Assembly: GCA_013378385.1 (NCBI GenBank)
Contig: JACAFS010000029.1
Coordinates: 1 to 13,365, forward strand
Direction of reading: 5' to 3'
Length of the DNA stretch: 13,365 nucleotides
Source: Nitrososphaerota archaeon
GTDB lineage: Archaea > Thermoproteota > Nitrososphaeria > Nitrososphaerales > UBA57
In this document: positions 6,441 to 12,942 of the stretch, in pieces
How the letters are laid out: the number at the start of each line of letters is the position of its first letter
Numbering within the stretch: the stretch's first letter is position 1
Made by a program: the position numbers and the translations under genes
The notes under the pieces: generated by a model
The model's database searches: none
The model's input: only the letters and a program-made list of their open reading frames with translations
What the model was told of the DNA's origin: nothing

Positions 6441-7280
6441 ATGCTAGAAATTCTTTCCCATGATTTTATGGTTAGAGCATTAATTGGAAGTGTGTTACTA
6501 TCTGTAACTGCTCCAATATTGGGAATGTTCGTTGTCTCCAGAAGAATATCGCTTGTCGGCGATACATTATCGCACTTGGCATTTGCTGGTATTGCAATCG
6601 GTGTATTTCTAGATTTCTTTCCATTACTTACAACAATCACTTTCTCTATAATTGCTTCATTATTGCTGTTGAAACTTATGCAAAGCAATACTTTGAACTC
6701 AGACGCTGTCCTGGCCGTCTTTTTCTCGTCAAGTATGGCTGTTGGAACAGTATTACTCAGTCTTTCGGAACGGATTATCAATATTAACGAGATACTTTTC
6801 GGAAGTCTCCTATGGATTACTAACGCGGATATCATCTATCAATTTATTGTAGCCATTTCAATAATTGCAGTTACAACTTTTTCATATAAGAAATGGTTCA
6901 TGCTTTCAATTGATCAAGATCTATCACGCATAAACAATACTAATGTAAATTTCTATGACAACCTCTTAATTGTACTCACATCAATCTTGATTGTTGTATC
7001 AGTTCGCATGGTTGGCGTACTCTTAATTTCATCGTTACTTGTGCTTCCAATTCTAATTGCGCTTCAACTTACGAATAATTTCCGAAATACTATTTTTATC
7101 GCAATTGGAGTATCATTATTATGTTCATTGTCTGGTGTAACTTCTTCGTATTACCTGTCAAGTCATCCGTCAATTATTCCGCCAAGCGGATTAATTGTTA
7201 TAATTCTATCAGCGATATTTACGATTGTTCTAATCAAAAACAACCTCAAAATCGATAACAAGTTCGAGTCTAACTTTTAA
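6441..7280 (+). CDS. ABC-3 family permease (ZnuB/MntC/TroD type, Zn/Mn/Fe importer)
   Basis: 279 aa, polytopic. The N-terminal block FMVRALIGSVLLSVTAPILGMFVVSRRISLVGDTLSHLAFAGIAIG matches the conserved ZnuB-type pattern (RRMSLxGDALSH). Confidence 0.85.
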   Translation: MLEILSHDFMVRALIGSVLLSVTAPILGMFVVSRRISLVGDTLSHLAFAGIAIGVFLDFFPLLTTITFSIIASLLLLKLMQSNTLNSDAVLAVFFSSSMAVGTVLLSLSERIININEILFGSLLWITNADIIYQFIVAISIIAVTTFSYKKWFMLSIDQDLSRINNTNVNFYDNLLIVLTSILIVVSVRMVGVLLISSLLVLPILIALQLTNNFRNTIFIAIGVSLLCSLSGVTSSYYLSSHPSIIPPSGLIVIILSAIFTIVLIKNNLKIDNKFESNF

Positions 7281-7306
7281 TAATTTTGTAACCGTATATC
7301 TACATA

Positions 7307-7420
7307 ATGAAAAAATATCACTGCTTGAACTGTAATATCTGGTTCAATGAAGACGAATTTGAGACTGAATTATTGGTCAAAAAACGTTCTCATTGCATTG
7401 ACACAATGGAAAAATCTTAA
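7307..7420 (+). CDS. Possible 37-aa CxxC mini-protein (zinc-ribbon-like), not in the ORF track
   Basis: The ATG at 7307 to TAA at 7418-7420 translates to MKKYHCLNCNIWFNEDEFETELLVKKRSHCIDTMEKS. It has a CxxC knuckle and a distal H-C pair. It fills most of an otherwise unexplained 179-nt spacer, 26 nt after the permease stop. I recognise no homolog, so whether it is coding is unproven. Confidence 0.3.
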   Translation: MKKYHCLNCNIWFNEDEFETELLVKKRSHCIDTMEKS

Positions 7421-7459
7421 TGTTTAGTCCTTTTATTCATAATCTGATATAACAGATTG

Positions 7460-8779
7460 ATGACTAACAAGGATATTCACAGTCTTGCCAAAGTAATTGA
7501 AAAAAAGTCATTATCTCATGTCAATGAATCAACATCGAACATTGTAATCGACGAACCTCCTCCAGAGATGTGTTTCAGTTGTAAAGGAACAGAATTACTG
7601 TGTGGCAAATCAAGATGTCCAATCATCCTAAAAGCAGAATCTATGACCCGCGTTTCACCAACTTCTGACTCGAACAATATTGCAGGCTCAACGCCCCCTG
7701 GAATATTTGTTGGCAGACACGGTTATCCAAAAGTGAGTATCGGCCCAATGACACCCAATTTTCATGGAGATACGGAAATTTTGGATACTCCTGAGCAATG
7801 GTACGGAAAATCTATAGACGAAATTGTAGATTATCGTCACTCATTGATTCGAGGAAGTACGAATGTTGACGTTAAACAAGCAAGTACTGGAGGCAGGTTA
7901 GTAGAAAATATCCAAGAACTTGCAATGGCATCTCAACCCGTTGAACTAGAGCTTAAACTAACAAAAAAACCGCAAAACCGGTTATCTTTCAATGAGAACT
8001 CTCAACCTTTCGGTCCATCTGCACCTCTAGATCATTTTAGCACAGGTAATGTAACTGTCGACCAAAGAATTGAGAAAGCATATTATGATCGCGATCAAAA
8101 ATCAGCTAACGGAATAGTTGAACTGTACGATAAAGGAGTTCTGGTCTCCCGAATTCAGAAAACACTCAGTGCAGGTAATCTAGGAATCGGAAACAATAGA
8201 AAGTTTGTACCAACTCGCTGGGGCATCACTGCAGTAGACGATACAATTTCTAAAAGTCTAATTGAAAAAATTAAGGACCGTCCAACCATCGATGACTTTC
8301 GTGTATACGTACTGAGAAATCTAGACAATCTTTACGTTACTATTCTTTTACCAACACAATGGCAATTTGAATGGATTGAAGCATGGTTCACAAATACAAC
8401 TTGGAATCTATGGGGAAAGGAACCGTATATTATTGGTGATCACGAAACATATTACGGCAGAAAAAAATATGCAAGAGTCGGAGGTTGCTATTATTCAACA
8501 CGATTGGCCGTAGCTGAATCATTGTTATCAGAAAACAAACAAGCTGGTGCTATATTACTTCGAGAAATACATCCGGGATATATATTACCTGTTGGTGTCT
8601 GGAACGTGCGTGAAAGTATTCGCCACCAACTGAAGACAAACTACGAATCTTTTGATAATCTGTCCGACACTCTTGACCATGCATTTTCACAACTGAATAT
8701 ATCGAAGAACCAATGGCTCAACTCTAGCTATTTGCTTAATCATGTTCTATTTCAGAAAAGGCTGACTGAGTATCTATAA
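7460..8779 (+). CDS. nreA: Nre-family protein (archaeal DUF650/DUF651, putative PCNA-binding DNA repair factor)
   Basis: About 439 aa. A Cys cluster CFSCKGTELLCGKSRCP (7571-7618) sits near the N terminus, as in Nre proteins. The C-terminal QKRLTEYL (8753-8776) fits the PIP-box pattern Qxx[LIM]xx[FY][FYL]. The ORF track starts at TTG 7457; ATG 7460 is more likely. ATG 7568 (MCFSC..) is an alternative start. Confidence 0.7.
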   Translation: MTNKDIHSLAKVIEKKSLSHVNESTSNIVIDEPPPEMCFSCKGTELLCGKSRCPIILKAESMTRVSPTSDSNNIAGSTPPGIFVGRHGYPKVSIGPMTPNFHGDTEILDTPEQWYGKSIDEIVDYRHSLIRGSTNVDVKQASTGGRLVENIQELAMASQPVELELKLTKKPQNRLSFNENSQPFGPSAPLDHFSTGNVTVDQRIEKAYYDRDQKSANGIVELYDKGVLVSRIQKTLSAGNLGIGNNRKFVPTRWGITAVDDTISKSLIEKIKDRPTIDDFRVYVLRNLDNLYVTILLPTQWQFEWIEAWFTNTTWNLWGKEPYIIGDHETYYGRKKYARVGGCYYSTRLAVAESLLSENKQAGAILLREIHPGYILPVGVWNVRESIRHQLKTNYESFDNLSDTLDHAFSQLNISKNQWLNSSYLLNHVLFQKRLTEYL

Positions 8780-8793
8780 ACAGCTTATATAGA

Positions 8794-8878
8794 AATATGC
8801 CATTAATAGCACTAGGGGAGCATATTCAACTGAACCATAGGCGAGTTAATAGTTATCTTATTAACGTTTTCTCCCCTA
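8794..8878. other. Structured intergenic element (nested and competing hairpins) upstream of glyA
   Basis: There is an 8-bp perfect stem TAGGGGAG (8813-8820) / CTCCCCTA (8871-8878). It encloses a 7-bp hairpin GTTAATA (8845-8851) / TATTAAC (8859-8865). An alternative 7-bp stem AATATGC (8794-8800) / GCATATT (8820-8826) shares G8820 with the long stem. Strand and function are unknown. Confidence 0.3.
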
Positions 8879-8934
8879 ATCTTAACTTCAATAAACTTTA
8901 TTTTCACTCAAATTTACAAATAAATTAGGTTCAA

Positions 8935-10245
8935 TTGTCACGAGAAAAATATAATCAAGTTTTTGATCTACTGGAAAAACATCATAAATGGTTTTCTGAA
9001 TCTATTCCTCTAATTGCATCGGAAAATATCCCAAGTCCCGCTGTACGAGAGGCATATGCATCTGATTTTGGCAACAGGTATGCTGAGGGATGGCCTGGTG
9101 AACGTGTTTATGCTGGATGTAAATTTATCGACGAAGTTGAACTGATTACAATAGATTTAGCTAAGAAATTATTTAATGCAGAATTCGCTGACGTCCGCCC
9201 GATCTCTGGAGTATGCGCTAATCTAGCTGTTTACTCTGCTTTTACAAATCCTAACGATACAATGATGGCTCTGCCCATACCTTCTGGAGGACATATATCT
9301 CACGGTCAGAAAAAATTCTCTGGTACAGCTGGTTTAGTACACGGACTGAACATAGAATATTTTGCATTTGATCGAGAAGAAATGAACATTGACGTCGATC
9401 AATCAAAACAACGAATCGAAAAATTAATTGAAAATAATAATAAACCAACCTTTGCGATGTTCGGAGGAAGTCTGTTTCTTTTCCCCCATCCTATGAAGGA
9501 GCTAAAAGATTTTCTTCAAAGTCATGATATTTTTATTTGCTATGATTCTGCACACGTTTCAGGATTAATTGCTGGTAAACAATTCCAAGATCCTTTACGT
9601 GAAGGTGCACAAACTATGACACTCAGTACACATAAGACACTTCCTGGTCCACAAGGCGGCATGGTTCTCTCTTTCGACAAATACGCTGAGGACATAAAAA
9701 AATCCGTGTTTCCTGGTAATACAAGTAACCATCATCTGCATAGCGTTGCAGGAAAAGCAATTGCATTCGCAGAAATGATTGAATTTGGAGAAGAGTATTC
9801 TGTTCAAACCGTCAAAAACGCACGCGCCCTTGCTGAAGCACTTTCCTCAAAAGGAATCGTTGTACTGGGAGAAAAGAACGGATTTACCGCATCCCATCAA
9901 ATTGCTGTCGACGTTTCAAAATATGGAGACGGAGGAAAATTCGAACATGAACTTGAAGAGGCCAATTTAATTGCAAACAGGCAATTATTGCCTGGCGATA
10001 TAAAGGCAGGCAGGGATTACAAACGCCCTGGAGGTATACGATTGGGCAGTTCGGAGGTAACCCGTCTAGGCATGAAAGAGTCTGAAATGCAAGAAATTGC
10101 TAATTTTATCCACAGAATTATAGTCAAGAAAGAAACTCCTGAAAACGTCAAAAAGGATATCATCGAATTTCGAAGCCAATTTACTAAAGTTCATTATGCA
10201 TTTGAAACTTTGTCTGATGCATACAAATACATCAAAATACGTTAA
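8935..10245 (+). CDS. glyA: Serine hydroxymethyltransferase
   Basis: 436 aa with IPLIASENIPSPAVREA, YAEGWPGERVYAGC and the PLP-lysine block TLSTHKTLPGPQGG. The start is TTG at 8935. An in-frame TAG lies at 8926-8928 and there is no in-frame ATG before the conserved N-terminal blocks. Confidence 0.9.
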   Translation: MSREKYNQVFDLLEKHHKWFSESIPLIASENIPSPAVREAYASDFGNRYAEGWPGERVYAGCKFIDEVELITIDLAKKLFNAEFADVRPISGVCANLAVYSAFTNPNDTMMALPIPSGGHISHGQKKFSGTAGLVHGLNIEYFAFDREEMNIDVDQSKQRIEKLIENNNKPTFAMFGGSLFLFPHPMKELKDFLQSHDIFICYDSAHVSGLIAGKQFQDPLREGAQTMTLSTHKTLPGPQGGMVLSFDKYAEDIKKSVFPGNTSNHHLHSVAGKAIAFAEMIEFGEEYSVQTVKNARALAEALSSKGIVVLGEKNGFTASHQIAVDVSKYGDGGKFEHELEEANLIANRQLLPGDIKAGRDYKRPGGIRLGSSEVTRLGMKESEMQEIANFIHRIIVKKETPENVKKDIIEFRSQFTKVHYAFETLSDAYKYIKIR

Positions 10246-10297
10246 TAAAATTCTTAATTTTGTTAATATATTAATATCAGTACGCTAAAGACTATCT

Positions 10298-11083
10298 ATG
10301 AAATACTTACAGCCAATAATCCTGTCAATTTTAATTTTCTCTTCATTATTACTTATTCCTGGAATTAAAGCACATGACGGTACAACATTTGAAGCTTATA
10401 CAACTAATGCTCCAACAATAGACGGCGTAATTAACGACGATGAATGGGCCGATGCATCTACCGCCACATTCTCTATTCCTGAAGGCGAAGTGACAATTTA
10501 TGTTATGAATGACAGACGATATCTGTACATTGCCGCTAAAGTTGCTGACAACACCCTTGACGAAGTTGTCAATGTTGCACTGGACATCTTAACTATCGAT
10601 TTTGACGGTCGACACGACGGACAAGAATTCAATGTCGGAGAAGATACAATCTCCATTGGTGCACGTAATAGAATCGGAGATGGTTTTGTCGGACCAGGTC
10701 TTGATATTCTAGACGATAGTCAAATTGACGTGGACGGAATGGTCAGTCGTATAGGTAACTTCAATCATTTTGAAATATCTCATCCAATCGATTCGGGTGA
10801 CGCAAACGACATTGCAGGAGATTATGGTAAGACAATAGGAGCTAGATTCTTATTCTTTGATCAAAGCGGTTCAGACAATGCTGTAATTAGCGTGTTTCCA
10901 GTAGGAGTAAGCGCTGAAGATAGGTCACAAAGACTATGGGCTGATATAGTTATAGCAAATCCAACTGACGATGACTCTTCAGGTTCATCTGGTGGTTTTC
11001 CAATAACTGAAGTTGGAATAATTGCCGTTCTGTTAGGTTGGGCTGCATACTTCGGTTCAATAATTCGCAAAAGGCGAAATTGA
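10298..11083 (+). CDS. Exported CBM9/DOMON-like domain protein with C-terminal membrane anchor
   Basis: 261 aa with signal peptide ILSILIFSSLLLIPGIKA. The TIDGVINDDEWADAS .. RYLYIAAKVADN pattern is typical of family-9 carbohydrate-binding-like/DOMON-type domains. A Ser/Gly/Asp linker precedes the helix VGIIAVLLGWAAYFGSII, which is followed by RKRRN. Confidence 0.6.
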   Translation: MKYLQPIILSILIFSSLLLIPGIKAHDGTTFEAYTTNAPTIDGVINDDEWADASTATFSIPEGEVTIYVMNDRRYLYIAAKVADNTLDEVVNVALDILTIDFDGRHDGQEFNVGEDTISIGARNRIGDGFVGPGLDILDDSQIDVDGMVSRIGNFNHFEISHPIDSGDANDIAGDYGKTIGARFLFFDQSGSDNAVISVFPVGVSAEDRSQRLWADIVIANPTDDDSSGSSGGFPITEVGIIAVLLGWAAYFGSIIRKRRN

Positions 11084-11111
11084 TAATAACGCATTAGCGT
11101 ATTAACTGATA

Positions 11112-12236
11112 TTGAAAACCGCATATATCGTCATTTCAATTGTTGTACTGGTATTAGCTGTAGCTGCTGGCATATTCTTTTTTGGATTTGGCGAAAGTTA
11201 CTTCCAAGAACCACCGCAGATATGCTATCTGGCTCCACTTGAAAAAACATCCATTGATTTGTATTATGATTGCGAAGATTTCGATACGGATACAGTACTT
11301 AAACTTCCAGATATCGATCATGACAAACTAGTTACACTCTCTATGGAGTTAATCAATGAAGATCGCGAACGATATAACTCGCCTGTACTTGAATTGGGGG
11401 AATCACCAACCGCGCAAGAACACGCTGAAGAACTTCTCAACACATGTAGAACAAGTTACTGGAGCAGTAACGGCATGAAACCCTATATGAGATATTCAGC
11501 TTCAGGCGGAGACGGTGCAATAAATGAAAATGTTCGAGTGATAGGAACGCCTGAAATACAAAAATTCTGGACAGAAGAATCCATAGAACAAATAATAGCT
11601 TGGAATCAATATTCTATGGTAGAGCGAGACGAAGCTAACGAATTTAGACATTCCGCAAATATTCTCCACCCAGATCACAACTATGTAAACATAGGAATTG
11701 CTTGGAGTAATTTTTGCGTAACTATAGTTCACCAGTTTGAAGATAAATATGTTGAATGGTCACAACCACCGATCATAACACTTAACCACGAATTTATGCT
11801 CGCTGGACGCATCAATTTCAATTCCACCATTGAAGAGATACATGTTTTCTATGATCCAATACCGATGCCTCTCTCCGACCGAGAATTAATGCTAAGCCCA
11901 AGAATTTACGGCTTTGGCCATGTATGCTCGCATCTTCAATGTTCAGACGGTTCACTGCCAATTGCAATAGTTCTTCCTAATACCGAAGACGAAGAACTCG
12001 GGCCCGAAGTTTTAGAGAGCATATTGAACCAGGAATCGAATATACCGTTACTTGTTGCACATAAATGGGAAATGACTCACGGAGAAGACTTTACCACTTT
12101 CTCGATCGAGGAAGATTTTTCCAACCTTATGAATCTAACTGGCAAAGGAGTTTACACAGTTCTCGTATTCGCAGAACATCCTGATGGCAGCGACACTGGT
12201 ATGGTGCTAACGACAATCTCGATATTCTTTTTATAA
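11112..12236 (+). CDS. N-terminally anchored CAP/SCP (PR-1/YkwD-like) domain protein with an unknown C-terminal domain
   Basis: 374 aa with TTG start (upstream in-frame stop at 11103-11105, no early ATG). N-terminal helix is IVISIVVLVLAVAAGIFFFGF. CAP-like blocks are LINEDRERYNSPVLELGESPTAQEHAEELL, GENV-like INENV and HSANILHPDHNYVNIGIAW. About 170 C-terminal residues are unassigned. Confidence 0.55.
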   Translation: MKTAYIVISIVVLVLAVAAGIFFFGFGESYFQEPPQICYLAPLEKTSIDLYYDCEDFDTDTVLKLPDIDHDKLVTLSMELINEDRERYNSPVLELGESPTAQEHAEELLNTCRTSYWSSNGMKPYMRYSASGGDGAINENVRVIGTPEIQKFWTEESIEQIIAWNQYSMVERDEANEFRHSANILHPDHNYVNIGIAWSNFCVTIVHQFEDKYVEWSQPPIITLNHEFMLAGRINFNSTIEEIHVFYDPIPMPLSDRELMLSPRIYGFGHVCSHLQCSDGSLPIAIVLPNTEDEELGPEVLESILNQESNIPLLVAHKWEMTHGEDFTTFSIEEDFSNLMNLTGKGVYTVLVFAEHPDGSDTGMVLTTISIFFL

Positions 12237-12264
12237 ACTAAATAAATCTCCTAGGAAGATAATA

Positions 12265-12272
12265 TTTATATA
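12265..12272 (+). promoter_or_regulatory. TATA box of the hsp20 promoter
   Basis: A consensus archaeal TTTATATA lies 40-47 nt upstream of the ATG. GAGGT at 12301-12305 is a Shine-Dalgarno-like element 7 nt before the start. Together these imply a short leader that begins near 12295. Confidence 0.55.
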
Positions 12273-12279
12273 TTCTAGA

Positions 12280-12298
12280 TACTAACTAAATGTTAGTA
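12280..12298. promoter_or_regulatory. Palindrome TACTAAC-N5-GTTAGTA over the predicted hsp20 transcription start
   Basis: Perfect 7-bp inverted arms are separated by TAAAT, located between the TATA box and the SD-like GAGGT. This position is typical of archaeal repressor operators. Alternatively it forms a hairpin at the 5' end of the leader. Confidence 0.4.
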
Positions 12299-12311
12299 AC
12301 GAGGTATATGT

Positions 12312-12836
12312 ATGAAAATCAAACGAAATAATCTCATCGATAGAATATTCGAGAACATGTATAATGAGATGGAAAGTCTCAATAGCATGTTCAATAATAT
12401 CGAATTCCCCAAAAACGTCGAGTCTGGCAAGCCGTACTTCTATGGATACACCATGGAGGTAGGTCCAGATGGGCAACCTGTAGTCAATACATTCGGAAAT
12501 GCTGATCAATTCAATGGTTCACCAGCAGGTTCCAGACCACAAAATGTCTCCGAGTCCCGAGACCCTGCAGTAGATGTTCTAGACAGCAAGAAAGGCAACT
12601 CGATAAAAATCATAGCTGAATTGCCTGGCGTAACCAAAGAGAGCATCAAAGTTACAGAAAACCAGGGAATAGTCAACATCACAGCAGAGAATGGAGATAG
12701 AAAGTATAACAAGAATATTCCGACAGGAAGGAAACTTGACGCGGATAGATCCAAAGCAAATTACTTGAACGGAATACTGGAGTTAGAAATCCCTCTACGA
12801 AAATCCGAAGACGAAAAGAATATTCGAATTGACTAG
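12312..12836 (+). CDS. hsp20: Small heat-shock protein, Hsp20/alpha-crystallin family
   Basis: 174 aa. The alpha-crystallin domain blocks are VDVLDSKKGNSIKIIAELPGVTKESIKVTENQGIVNITAE and ANYLNGILELEIP. Confidence 0.9.
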   Translation: MKIKRNNLIDRIFENMYNEMESLNSMFNNIEFPKNVESGKPYFYGYTMEVGPDGQPVVNTFGNADQFNGSPAGSRPQNVSESRDPAVDVLDSKKGNSIKIIAELPGVTKESIKVTENQGIVNITAENGDRKYNKNIPTGRKLDADRSKANYLNGILELEIPLRKSEDEKNIRID

Positions 12837-12850
12837 TTCAACCAGTAAGC

Positions 12851-12903
12851 TTAGCCCTAACACATTCACTCCCCGTGCATGCTAGGGTTAACTTATTTTT
12901 TTT
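12851..12903 (+). terminator. Hairpin plus T8 tract downstream of hsp20
   Basis: Stem TTAGCCCTA (12851-12859) pairs with TAGGGTTAA (12883-12891) over 9 bp including one G-U. A T8 run follows 4 nt later at 12896-12903. Oligo-T tracts are the known archaeal termination signal. Confidence 0.45.
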
Positions 12904-12942
12904 ATTCATTACAGATATAAGTGAAAAAACCAAAGTGATTGT

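Noticed and set aside
6422-6835. The 137-aa minus-strand ORF antisense to the ABC-3 permease, plus similar shadow ORFs in the track. These are 215-400, 2463-2645, 2856-3053, 3315-3530, 4121-4303, 5711-5923, 9251-9448, 9595-9807, 9779-9970, 10861-11124, 11502-11732, 12282-12509 and 12506-12754.
   Set aside because: Each lies inside or largely overlaps a gene with clear family motifs, on the opposite strand or in another frame. Their translations are low-complexity and match no family I recognise. This is typical of spurious ORFs.
8780-8934. Known RNA classes for the nre-glyA spacer: box C/D sRNA, or ZTP, THF or glycine riboswitch.
   Set aside because: Neither strand has a C box (RUGAUGA) paired with a terminal D box. 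I could not find the conserved cores I remember for ZTP (GGGUCGUGAC / CCGCCUGGGCA-like), THF or glycine riboswitches. It is kept only as an unclassified structured element.
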